Below, piece after piece: positions 1 through 12,826 of a stretch of 64,000 nucleotides of DNA. The DNA comes from Phoronis australis (taxonomy: Eukaryota > Animalia > Phoronida), in the NCBI GenBank assembly GCA_002633005.1, contig NMRA01000333.1, positions 248,001 through 312,000 of the forward strand. The letters run 5' to 3'. The translations under genes and the position numbers were made by a program. A model generated the notes under the pieces. It ran no database searches. It had not been told where the DNA came from and saw only the letters and a program-made list of their open reading frames with translations. Positions within the stretch are counted from its first letter, which is position 1. The number at the start of each line of letters is the position of its first letter.

Positions 1-650
1 TTAGCACACTACACTTTGCTTTGGTAATATTTACACTCAGTCTGTTTAATATCAGAGATAGAAGCCATGTAAATACAGATACTTCTCAGAAAGAAAACTA
101 ATTTGCTTTTAAGGCAAATGTATTTTTACTGAAAAGATCTTTTAACTTGTAAGTTCAGGCTACCATGGCAACAGATTTTATGTGTTTTTACACTTCTGAT
201 ACTTTGATGTACTTTTGTCAACACTGCTAAGACATATCAAAATAAACCCTTTATGCATTTAATAACAGATGAAAGCTTATAGTACATTGACTGGGGTTCT
301 GTTTACATTGTTGTGATGTCTCAAACCATTCAAGTTTTATTGTGTGAAAAGTCAAACAGATCATTACAAATATAAGGAAATGGTTTGTTATTTTTATCCC
401 TTTGACAGTCATAATGAAACACTCCCTTGTTTATTCAACAAACAGATCTAACTAAGCGTTCATATCTGTTACCATAATTTATCAGAGAATCATTTAATTG
501 ATTATTATTTTCCATCAGATTCGTTAAGTATATGAACTTCAGTTGACTTCTTCTCAATCTGCTTAAGTTGACACATGATCAGACATGTAATAATGAAACA
601 CAAATTATGTTAAGAAAATATTGTAAGACTACTAGTCGCACATTTTCAAT

Positions 651-743
651 AATGAATAAATGAATGAATGAATGAAAAGTGAACAAATGAATGAACAAAT
701 GAATGAACAAATGAATGAACAAATGAATGAACAAATGAATGAA
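651..743. repeat. GAAT / ACAAATGAATGA microsatellite
   Basis: Direct tandem 4- and 12-bp units. Confidence 0.9.
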
Positions 744-1944
744 CGCAGGGCTCAATATACGTAAACAAGTAAATACTCGACAGTGTGAGTGGAAAAAGTA
801 AAATATGAGTACAAAAATTAACGTCACTCGTATTAGTCATTCACAATCAAGCAGACGTCAGGCATTTCTTTTTGGTTACGAGCCTATGTGAAGTGCCAAA
901 TGTGCCGTCACTCGTACTTTCGAGCGGACATTTTCTGCTGTGTCAAATGCAAGAATGAGTGAGAGAAATTCAGAATCAATAAATTGGTGAACGTGTGATG
1001 CAATTGCCAGACAACCATTTAATAATATACAGTTCAGTAGTCTGTCCATATGATCAGATACGCCTGAGGGATCAATCTATATATTTTTATTACACAACCA
1101 TTGAATCTTCAATCCTCTGCTTTTTTGTCTCTAATCAGATTAGCATTGTTCTCTCCGGCTTTGATATAGCGGCATCGTCTGCTAACGTTGACAGGCAGGG
1201 ACTTATGGTTTCAGCCACCCAATTGGTCAGATCGCAAATAGCACGATATTCCATGGCCTGACTGCTTCCTATTAACACCTAAATATATATTACATAACAC
1301 ATGCCGTAACTGTGGGTTACATGACATGCTTCACCCTCCTTTAAATCCGCTTGCATATCAGGGATCGCGTGAATTATTTTTAAGACATGCAATTACACAC
1401 ATCTTGAGCAGAAGATCATAACAAGACACTGTGTTAAAGAAGATAATTACTTGGTAAAATTTTATTGAATTAATAAAAGAATATCACAATACAAAACTTG
1501 TTGTAACTATTAATAATATTATTTGCTTATATTGACAAAATACTCCATGTTTTGCAACCACGTCATCCCACAACTATGGTGAAATGGAGATTATCCAGCT
1601 GCTGCTGCCACTACGGGTGGCCGGCACCAAATTGCTGACTCACCAACATGGCTTCAATTGGAGGATCACAGAGAAGAGCCCGCAGTTGTTGCAGTCTTCA
1701 GCAGAGAGTGTAGAAATTGGCCTGAGGGTGATGTGTCGCCAAATGTTTTGGGAGCCTTAATGGCTCCTATCTGTCAGGATACCAACCGGGCTGGCTAGAT
1801 ATACCTGATCCACCAGAATCATCTGACAATTGCAGAAGGATGTGGCTGACATGACGCTTACACGAGCAGCACACGTATCGAGTTCGAGGCAGTCCAACAA
1901 GCTCTCCTGTGCCACATAATGATTCTTAGAGTGGTTAGACCGAC

Positions 1945-2282
1945 AGTGAGTTGGACGCCAAAAACAGGCTAAAACCCAATTAAAAAATTGCCACTACGAG
2001 GTGTACACAATGTGTTGTCGCCTCGTTAATAGAAGCCCATTGGCTAAAATTCATAAAAGTCCATCAAGAAACTCCAAAGATATAGAGGATAACAGAAAAA
2101 AATGGCACAGCAGGAGTCTGATCCGTGTGAATGCCATCGCCATCTCTTGTCACTTTCATGTGAATACACTTGCCAAATTTAACAAAGATACAGCAGAGGG
2201 TTTATGAGATATAGCCACGGATGCAAAGTAAACAAAACTGCAACAAGGAGGAGCCACAGTAGTTTGAGCACTGTTCAAAAAT
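1945..2282 (-). mobile_element. Degenerate fragment of the HINE-like family running into the gap
   Basis: GGACGCCAAAAACAG, AATTGCCACTAC, ATACACTTGCCAAATTTA, GAGATATAGCC motifs shared with the full copies. Confidence 0.5.
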
Positions 2283-3200
2283 NNNNNNNNNNNNNNNNNN
2301 NNNNNNNNNNNNNNNNNNNNNNNNNNNNNNNNNNNNNNNNNNNNNNNNNNNNNNNNNNNNNNNNNNNNNNNNNNNNNNNNNNNNNNNNNNNNNNNNNNNN
2401 NNNNNNNNNNNNNNNNNNNNNNNNNNNNNNNNNNNNNNNNNNNNNNNNNNNNNNNNNNNNNNNNNNNNNNNNNNNNNNNNNNNNNNNNNNNNNNNNNNNN
2501 NNNNNNNNNNNNNNNNNNNNNNNNNNNNNNNNNNNNNNNNNNNNNNNNNNNNNNNNNNNNNNNNNNNNNNNNNNNNNNNNNNNNNNNNNNNNNNNNNNNN
2601 NNNNNNNNNNNNNNNNNNNNNNNNNNNNNNNNNNNNNNNNNNNNNNNNNNNNNNNNNNNNNNNNNNNNNNNNNNNNNNNNNNNNNNNNNNNNNNNNNNNN
2701 NNNNNNNNNNNNNNNNNNNNNNNNNNNNNNNNNNNNNNNNNNNNNNNNNNNNNNNNNNNNNNNNNNNNNNNNNNNNNNNNNNNNNNNNNNNNNNNNNNNN
2801 NNNNNNNNNNNNNNNNNNNNNNNNNNNNNNNNNNNNNNNNNNNNNNNNNNNNNNNNNNNNNNNNNNNNNNNNNNNNNNNNNNNNNNNNNNNNNNNNNNNN
2901 NNNNNNNNNNNNNNNNNNNNNNNNNNNNNNNNNNNNNNNNNNNNNNNNNNNNNNNNNNNNNNNNNNNNNNNNNNNNNNNNNNNNNNNNNNNNNNNNNNNN
3001 NNNNNNNNNNNNNNNNNNNNNNNNNNNNNNNNNNNNNNNNNNNNNNNNNNNNNNNNNNNNNNNNNNNNNNNNNNNNNNNNNNNNNNNNNNNNNNNNNNNN
3101 NNNNNNNNNNNNNNNNNNNNNNNNNNNNNNNNNNNNNNNNNNNNNNNNNNNNNNNNNNNNNNNNNNNNNNNNNNNNNNNNNNNNNNNNNNNNNNNNNNNN
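2283..3200. other. Assembly gap
   Basis: N run. Confidence 1.
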
Positions 3201-3390
3201 ATGCTAACACTCTAACACATATGTCTGCAAACATGTGGTGGCAGAATGATCTAACCGATTGACATGAATAAACAAAACAAAGAGCATTGTTTTTAGAGTG
3301 CTACAAAAGGGTGTGCAGCTATGGCTTGACACATGACTTGTTCCTAGCGCAAGTAGATGACGCCACGTAAACCAAACGACGTACAAGCAC

Positions 3391-3938
3391 GAAAATAATT
3401 TCCACCCGGGTGAAAATAATTTTCACCTGGGTTTAAATAATTTCCACCCGGGTGAAAATAATTTCCACCTAGGTTGAAATAGTTTCCACCTGGATGAAAA
3501 TAATTTCCACCTAGGTTGAAATAGTTTCCACCCGGGTGAAAAGTTTCCACCTAGGTTGAAATAATTTCCACCCGGGTTGATATAATTTCCACCTAGGTTG
3601 AAATAATTTCCACCCGGGTGAAAATAGTTTCCACCTAGGTTGAAATAATTTCCACCCGGGTGGAAATAATTTCCACCTAGGTTGAAATAATTTCCACCCG
3701 GGTGAAAATAATTTCCACCCACGTGAAAATAATTTCCACCTAGGTTGAAATAATTTCCACCCGAGTGAAAATAATTTCCACCTAGGTTGAAATAATTTCC
3801 ACCTAGGTTGAAATAGTTTCCACCCTGGTGAAAATAGTTTCCACCCAGGTGAAAATAGTTTCCACTCAGGTGAAAATAGTTTCCAACCAGGTGAAAATAG
3901 TTTCCACCTAGGTTGAATTATTTCCACCTAGGTGGAAA
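3391..3938. repeat. 21-bp minisatellite, about 26 units
   Basis: Units GAAAATAATTTCCACCTAGGTT and GAAATAATTTCCACCCGGGT, often alternating. Confidence 0.95.
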
Positions 3939-4494
3939 ATGAAAAATGAAAAAATATTTAAACAAAAGTAGAGATGATACTTTAGGGCCACCGTAGGAAT
4001 GTTTTAAATAACTCAACTTCTGGAATAATGTATGTTAACAAGTCTACTTTCAAGAATTAAACACTCCCACTAGAGGGAGCAATACTACTAAACTTATATA
4101 GCTTCTTGGGGGTGCAAAGCCAGTTGTCCAAAAAGGAATCGGTCTTCTCATTAATAAACTTATTTGTTAAACTCCATGAACATCCATCAAGCCCTTTACA
4201 GTCCCATCATCAACAAAAGTATACAAGCCAAGTTCCCCAACTACTTTTACATTGACAGTTATGATGGCCGTTGCAATCTCCTCACAATTAGAACACGTAA
4301 ACCAAATTTTGTAAGATTTATCAAAAAATGTGGTAGATATTGCGGCAAAGACAAAAAATGAATTTGCAGCTAGAAGACCCCAGTAGTGGAAGCCATCCAA
4401 CAATCAACGTCAGCGGCTGTATGCCCTCATCCCCACAGGCACCCATCTTTAAGCGGTTGGGCAGACAGGCGGGGAGGAAGACCCAGAACTGATG

Positions 4495-5060
4495 CATAAA
4501 TTAAGATAATGGCCACTAGAGGGCACAGAGTACCTTGAAACCATCGGGAAACGAGAAGTTGTTGTCTCCTAATAGTAGAAACCCATATGCCAAATTTCAT
4601 GAAAATAACTCGCATCTGAGGTTTTAATAAGAAAATTAAAGTGAATTGCTGAAAAGCACCCACAACTGCACTGCATATGGTAAGCTTCTACAGGTGATAA
4701 TTAAAATCACAAAATTGGCCACTAGGTGGCACAGAGTACGTCGAATCTGTCTAAAAGCGTTGTCTTCTCTCTTATATAGAAAACGCTGTGTTTCATGATC
4801 AAAAGATACACAGGCAAATAAGAAAACTAAAATTGCCACTACTAAAGGCACAGTCAGATTCATCACAGTTTTTGCCAGCCTTTGTTGCCTTCATAGGAAA
4901 ACATGAGACAGATTTCTCTAAGGTCCTCCAAAGGATTAAGGAGATACATCCATGGACAAAAAAATTCTATCAGGAGGCGCCACATCAGTCGCACCAGTCC
5001 AAAAATCGACATGTCATTGAGCAACAGTTTGGCAAATAAAGTGACGGACGGTAAAAAAAC
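4495..5060 (-). mobile_element. Degenerate fragment of the HINE-like family
   Basis: GGCCACTAGAGGGCAC and GGCCACTAGGTGGCAC subunits, CCAAATTTCATGAAA, ends in GACGGACGG. Confidence 0.6.
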
Positions 5061-7876
5061 GGATTTGAAAATAATAGTTTGGTTGCTTTAATTGTTAGCC
5101 TGCCTCACAATTTCCAATTCATTTAAGCCAGAAAAGAGAATTTTTCACCAGACATCAGGTTGTTTTAATTATATTTATTCACGTTATACTTATAAATCTC
5201 TGGTATCATAGGCTTATATTAGGTACACTAGATGTCACCAAAACACAACCTATGTGAAAATCATTTTGGTTTTAAAATTACACCCCCTGACAACTGAGCA
5301 AATTTATTTTCGAGGATCAATATCAATTAAGACTGTTTATTCACGTGGTCACACAAGGCTCAGCTTTGTCCTCGAAAACAGAGCTTTGTAACCAAGAGTA
5401 TTTGCACGCACGGCTAATTAGACGGGAGAACAGCTTTGCAATGGTATGAACTAATCACGTCTCTACTGATTGGAATAACATTACCATAGATAACGAGGCG
5501 CGGAGAGGGATTTAGACACTTTCAAAGCGCTAACATGCGGCGGTCACTTTCAAGGAAACTTAAAACAGCAGCGCTTTCAAAGCTGGTGTCTACGACAGGC
5601 TTAATGGAGATGGATTAAATCCAAAAGAGATTGCTAATGATGCGTTTTGTTGCCAACTGAAAGTTTTGTAACATATATGATTACTCTGAGAAAACGACAG
5701 ATTTGGGCTGGACAGTGCATTAACTGAACAGCCAATCAATGCATTGATGCCGCGGTTTAATTAACGGTGACATTTTACAAGGAGAGTAAAGACCAAAACA
5801 AGCTTTCAATGACCAAGTATCACTGAGGTAAGTACTGGAGAGTTTTGTGTCAACAGAGTTTTGGATAACACAACACTGCCAAAAATTGATCAATGTTTTT
5901 CGATGATTTGCAAAAAATGATGACTACCTTTTAGCTAAGCAAGTGGTTTTCTAAAAACTCACTTAAATTTAGACAGTTACTGTATACCATACTAAGACCA
6001 TTAATTGCATACTATGGAAGCTAGAAGTTATCCAATGTAGCCTGTGAAGTTAGAAGTTCACTGTTGCACCCCTTATTCTTTAACCATGTAGGACCATAGA
6101 AAAATGCCCAGATTTGTTTAAGGTTGGAATATACCAACTCAGAAATAGCTGACCATATTCATAGGAAATCTGTTACACTTTACGCTTTCCTCTCTAAACA
6201 GGTCATGAATTGTTTTTAAGTCGATACATTTCTGCAAGACCAGCAATCAAATGAACAAAAGTTGCATGAAATGAAAAAACAATTGGGAAAACTGCAACAA
6301 TGTTTTTGAGATTCCATTCTCAGCAATGATATTGGTGCCAATGCAGATTGGTATTAAGTCAACAATCAAATTCTAGTCTTTCTACTTTTAGGAAATATAT
6401 ACTAGTGCTGAGCCAAAATCTATAATTTTGACTAAACAGATTTGTTGATAACCATAATGACTTCAGTGTCATCCACATCCTGATTTGAACAGTCATGGTA
6501 ATGAACTTTGCTATGATGGGTTTAGCTCACCTGCGTCGAGTTAGAAAAGGTAATGGAATAAGCAAATTATGACATTTAAATGCGTGGGACCACCATAACT
6601 AAATATTGTCTCAACACTTGCAATTATGTAATAGACTTTTCATTATTCATGAATTTTGTAATCTCTTTTAATTTGAATTTTATTTGTCCTGGAAAACACT
6701 CAGGTTTTTCATAATGACATTTGTAAACATTGTCGAAGTTTCCTCGGAATCTTGTTCTTGCTTAAGGTATCATTTAAAGAAGGATTATTGTGGCCTCCCA
6801 TCCCACCAACCTATCTTGAGTCGGAAAAATTAGAATAAACAAGATATTCTACAGTCAAACGTGAAATAGGAATCGTTTTGAAAAACACAGAACTATATAA
6901 TTTAAATCGTTAAAAATACACACCCCTGTGCTTCAACTAGTTTTATCACTTGTAAGACATTTCTAACATTGGAATTTCTGTAAATTAATAAACAATTCAC
7001 TGTCAGCATCAATTTTATATAAAAAAGAAATTAGGCATCATTCCATGCCACCAGGCCTTTTGCATACACCGAACTCAAAGAATCTTAGTCTTACTTGTTT
7101 TGGAAAAGCGTGACATAGTGTTCAAAGAGCAGACTATTAGTTTGGAATAAATTAGTTTGTGATTAAGCTTGTTTCGGGTTGCCTTAAAGACGTAATAAAC
7201 CGGCATTTCAGACCACTTAGCAAAATAAAACCACTTTTAACTTGTTTCTTACACGAGAAGTGTTTCTGGTCGTGTAATAAACGGCACTTGATTATTGCTC
7301 AAAACAATGTTCAGTGAATAAAATGACCAACCATAATGAACCAATGTGTAGAGTCTTTATTTAAACAATAGCAGTTCTTTCCAAGCCCGAAAATCCCTTC
7401 TAATCTGACATTTGAGACCTATTTCATTATGGTGTGCACTCTGAAGCTTGCCTCAGCACATAGAATGACCCACAAGGACAAGCCAAAGTGATATGCCTGG
7501 CCTCAGCTCTTTCCAAGCCCAGAAGCCACCACTAATTTGAGTAAAGAAGCAGTAAGCGATGACCTACTTCGTAACGCTAAGTGGTCTAAATCAAAAGTTA
7601 ATGTTTTGAAGGAAGGTGGGCTTATAGCACCTGTAAACAAGAAAGGAGTGGACAAAGTATCTTTAAGAGAAGTGAAAAATGGATTTGGGGATACATGAAT
7701 ACAGACTGGGGGTTTTAAGCGTAAATATTACTCAAGTTATGTAGTTTATCAACAAGTCTGTATACTTAGCCATATATCCACAAACTATATGGATGTCAAC
7801 TTGGTAAAAGTGTTTTTTTCTGAACGTAAAAGGTATATAGAAATTGATTTTTGACTTATCACCAATCTCTCAGTAA

Positions 7877-8125
7877 TTGGGTCACAGGACCTCATCTTTG
7901 TTGTAGAATTTAGCAAAACAGAAAGGTATATTCATAGTAAAACCACATTAGCAATAAAATAATGACATTTCGTTTGATATATATGTTGAAGATGAAATCT
8001 CAAAACCACTGTAGCAATTTCCTGAATTTTCATTTCATTTTACGTTTTAGGCAAAACCATCATCAGAGTCCTAGTTTTGATAACCCCTCATGCAAAAGTG
8101 AAACATTTTAAAAACAATTCAATGA
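7877..8125. repeat. Dispersed repeat, second copy at about 16887-17135
   Basis: Shared TTGGGTCA..AATTTAGCAAA..AAGATGAAATCTCAAAA..CCCCTCATGCAAAAGTGAA. Confidence 0.55.
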
Positions 8126-11100
8126 AGATTATAAGTTATCCAAAATTTGGAACAGCCTGATTACCACGCCACCTAGCGTCCAATAACTTTGGAAGATGGC
8201 TGCTGATAGGAGCCAGAACTGTCAAGTTCTTACTGGTTATGAAAAAAATACTACCAATCTTATGAAACTATTCAGAGAAATTCCAAACAGCATTTTGAAA
8301 AATAGAGCTAGAAGTTTCCAGAAGTTTCATATGAATTTGATCAGCCATTCCTGACATTTGACGTTGTGAAATTAGACAAATTTGAGTCCTAAAAATGTAA
8401 TAATGTAATACATCAGAAAGTTAAGTTTTTTATCTTCTTCACCAGAAATACAGGATGTCCCATAAGTCTACTCACTATATAGTATAATTGCAAAAAAATT
8501 CAAATTCATTTCCTGTAGATCAGACTTTGCACCCCGGCCAACATTTTTGTTACATCTCACCCACATATGCTCTGTATGTAAGGCAAACAAATGACTGTCC
8601 TGGACAAAAAAATCATTGCCAATGGCTATTGCAGAAAACAAAAAAAAAAAACTCAAGGAAGTGCAAAGGCAATAACCATCAATCACCTTCCCAAATTAAT
8701 CAGCAATGTATTGATTTAATCATTTCTTAGCTAATTTAAACCAGTAATCTAGTTCCTAAGTCAATAAACATGGCAGTTTTTGTCATTTGAAGTGTACCTC
8801 CCCCATGTTAAGAATGGTTTACTTATAATAATTCTTCGCATGTCTTCAAATGTTTGGTAAAATTGTGCGAAGTTGTGTAATGAGCCTTTGAAATATTTGC
8901 TTATTAGATTTTTTCTTTTCTGAACTGAACAATTTCTTCACTTCAAAAATTGGGAAAATAAGCAAAAATTCTCAGCTAATCCTGAGCAAGCTCATTTGAT
9001 AGAATGTCCATGTGCCGCTACCGTAGGTTACTTGATCTGATAACACAAGATTGTGCAAATTATTTCCCTCCCAATCCGACCAATGTTGAAATGTTTTTTA
9101 CTGAGCCTGAAGCCATGCAGACACATGCATTGAAAGTTAAATTTCTTGGCACCACTGACTTCATTGCACGCCGTACTTATTTTTATAAAACGAAAAACAT
9201 CTTGACCGATTTCCATTGGCTGATACTTGGAACATCACTCATATCTTGGCAACACACTTTTTAACCAACCATGAAGCATAATATTTTTACACTAAATTCC
9301 AGATGAACGATTAACATAATCTCAATGTTATGTTTTCACAGCAAATATACTCGGTAAAGTTTTCCTGGCTTGTCACCAAAGAAAGAATACACTGAACGTT
9401 GGCTGCACATACTGTCAAACGCCAGCGCTAATGTGAAAATTTTTACATGTACTGTAATATTTACCTGTGCTAGATCAAGAACAGTAGAGATTGCATAGTT
9501 TGGTTGGTTACAAAGTGAACTTGGAATGTCAGAATAAACGTGGAATTCTTAGTTCGTTCATGCTACCTCAAGAATAAGCAAATGGCTGGCTTGTAGGATT
9601 TATTAACATACAAATTCATTATGTATCTAATGAAAGGTTCAGTTAGACTTTGTTCATGCTTGAAAGCTTACAAACCTCCGCTTTTATTTAAGCTCATGAT
9701 TGGTTGATTAACCCTTAACTTCCAAGATGATGCGTACCAAACCTTCAGAACAAGTATGATTTCAGTTCTAACACATTCAGAGTATTGGACTAGATGTCTA
9801 TGGATTTTTTAAGTGCACAAAACAAAAGCCATATTTTGAATGTAATGAGTGAGAGGTGAGATAGAAACCACTAAATCGTCAAGATGTGAATGACTATCAG
9901 CAGAGTCTCAAAGTTTGGTGAGATCCCCAGAGTAGTACAGTTATTTCAAGACATAGTTTGTGCAGAAAATTGGTTGCACAAGCTTATCTTTGTATACCTA
10001 CATGAGAACGCTACACAGAAACTGACAAACATTGTATTGAATGAGCACGATTCTTAGGGCCCAGATGGAACAGTAGCAATGCCACGTCACCACACGTCAC
10101 ATTGCCATTGTTGAATAATGCTATGATGTCAGGCAACAGAGTTATCCAGTGGATAAGTTTTAAAGGTTTATTATGCAACCTAGCCCTTCTGGTAAACTAA
10201 ATTTCTTTGTATTTTCCTGCTGTATTGGTGCCAAAATATTGACAAAGTTAGGCTTTTTTCTACAAATTTTGGTAACTTTTTTAAAACGGTATATCGGGGC
10301 AAAAAATATTGATAAAATCATTTAGCAACAAAATAAAAAAATGAGCTGTAATATTGAAGATCAGCAACACATCCCAATTTATGAAATTTCACTACTTTTA
10401 AATTTTTTTATCTAGGAAAAGACAGTTCATTCTAACAAATGTATTTAACCCACGTTAAATGTTTGTACAAGACGCGTGAAATTGCCAGCCACAAACAACG
10501 GAACACCTTTGCCCCATACCTAATGAATCAAATGTTATCGAGATAGTCTTCGCCAATACTTAAGTCACGTAAACGTAAATGACACTTTAACCTCTGATAT
10601 CAGCATTTTAAGTAATTTATATGTAAAAGAAGCAATTTGCAGATACAGCTAACAACTGTGATAAATGATTAGTGAGAGAAAGGTAAGGCTCATTTACTTT
10701 GAACTTTTCACACCTGAGAAAGTCAATCAAGTGTTTCAGAATTTTCTTCTGTTTGGAAACAGAACAATGATTAATGCAAGCCTAAGTATCGGATTACTTA
10801 ATCTATCATAAAAAACATTACAGAGTAAAAAAAACACCTCAATTCCAGCATAAATGTTGGAAAGTTAAATGGATTTTCATTTTTTACCTAGTATTTCTCG
10901 CCCAGAAACTATTCAACCTGTCGTTACACTATCGCCATTCACCCTGGGATCAGGTTGACAAGTGCTTTCACGATCCAAGGGATAAAAGCTATTAACTTCA
11001 TGAAAAATCTGAAATTTCCAGTGTCCAAACAATCCCTCAGCATTCAAGTACATGTGTCAATTTTGCCATTTACTTATCTGAGAGAAAGCTGCATTTTACT

Positions 11101-11350
11101 GTAGTATCCGAAAAGAGCGCAATTTAAAAATCAAAACGTCTACTCTAGCTATTTCACGACAAACTCAGGGTGTATGGGTTGTGCATGCTCTACTCGAAAC
11201 TTCAAATCAATGTTTTGAACTTTTTAACTTTCTTACAATACTGCAAGGGGTGACCACAGCAACCTGACAGAGGTCGTTTTGCGATAGAAATAACACCTGG
11301 AATTATATTTCCGTCCTCCCAGAAACGTATGATCAGCCTATCTTCAAGTC

Positions 11351-11816
11351 CAGGCCTTTATGCAGCGTATGTCCTAATCTGGACGCCCTGGCAAGGAAGC
11401 CCAATGTATAATTTGGACACCTACTGTCAATAGGAACCTTTCAAATTTGGACTCACACATTGTAATGAATACTAGGAAGCCTCTGAAGGCTCACTGTGGG
11501 GGCTCTTTTTTCAAAGCAGGAAGAAATATACAATGCATATACAAAGTATATGCATTGTTGCTATTTTGGCACTTGATTGACAGCATTGTAAAAGTCTTGG
11601 TCTACACAGTTTTTTTTAGTAAAAATGTTCACCATAGAAGACTGTTTTATAAACTTAAATGTAAAAACTTTGATCTATGCATGTTTTTGTAAAAAAATCT
11701 GTGTGTTTGGGGGTATTGCTGGGGGTTGGGGGTTACGCGTCGGAATGATGGACGCCCTGGAATATTGGGAACCCCATTTTGGACACCCTATTTTCAAAAT
11801 CCTGGATAAAGGCCTG
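11351..11816. mobile_element. Second copy of the same hAT-type MITE
   Basis: Same TIRs and colinear interior as 21739-22254; TSD not preserved. Confidence 0.82.
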
Positions 11817-12826
11817 TTAACCACAATTAAAATTCTTAAAAATACATTTTTTCAATTATCAAAACCAGATTACATAAGTTAGAATCATACGGAAAATTCC
11901 TGGTTTTCTTTTATAAGCATACATCCAAACATTGGTGATGGAGTAAAAAAATTCCTCGTTTATTTTTGTAGGGATATTACAGAAAATAAAATTCCGCTTT
12001 TTGGTCAAACACTGTTTTCCACAGTAGCTAACACTCAGCGCGCACCTTTCTGTAAAACGAATAATTGTTTACAAACATCACCTCATACTACTTACTCTGT
12101 TCTTACTCAGTGGGAGCCCCCATGAGGTCCAGAAGACCTCATGCAGGCTTTGCACCTTTATACTTAATTAATTATATATAAAATTACCCTTTGGCTCTAG
12201 GTTTGCAGCCAAGCAGGTTTGCGATTCCCGAGAGACCACCTGCCATTGATTTGAAGCCCTCAACTTTAGAAAAACCAATCTTATAAAAATTGACAGCTAT
12301 TTGACATCCTTTTTACTTCCTAATGCCTTGAATCATTTTTCATGGTGAAATGGAAAGGTTTTAGACATGTTTTCTGTGGTCGAGTAACTCGTAAATAATT
12401 TCCGCTCTTTCCGCTCTAGACAGAGCGTACAAGGAAATGACTGTAATATACACACTCTCCTCTGAAGTAGACACTCAACAACAGCAACTAGTTATCAACA
12501 AACAGCCTTATCACTTAGGTGCCCTGCAACTGACAGAATTCTTATTGCAGCTTTTCAAGCACCAGGGGATTGACCGACAAGAAGAAAAAAGACTTAATGA
12601 ACAGGATCTCCAAGAACACAAAAGATCTGAAATATAACCCAATTGCCTTCGGTGTTGGATCCAGGATAGCAGCTGATATAAACGTCACAGTCAGCACCCG
12701 ACAGGGTTCCTGTTACCAAGACAACGCAGAGGAAATAGGAAACGGCTTCACTTAAACTTAAGATTTACATTCTTGAGTGTGTGCCGAGTTTAAGTAAAAA
12801 CCCCTCAGCAACGATATACACTTGCG

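Noticed and set aside
1555-1940. GC-richer segment that might be a missing TIMELESS exon or a retroelement
   Set aside because: No TIMELESS-like or RT motif found and no sustained open frame
2204-3262. Long ORFs of 352 and 319 aa (also 61972-63003)
   Set aside because: They consist of N-gap codons and minisatellite translation
3344-3927. Repetitive ORFs (GGNYFHP / WKLFSP)
   Set aside because: Translations of a 21-bp minisatellite open in several frames; no splice or homology support
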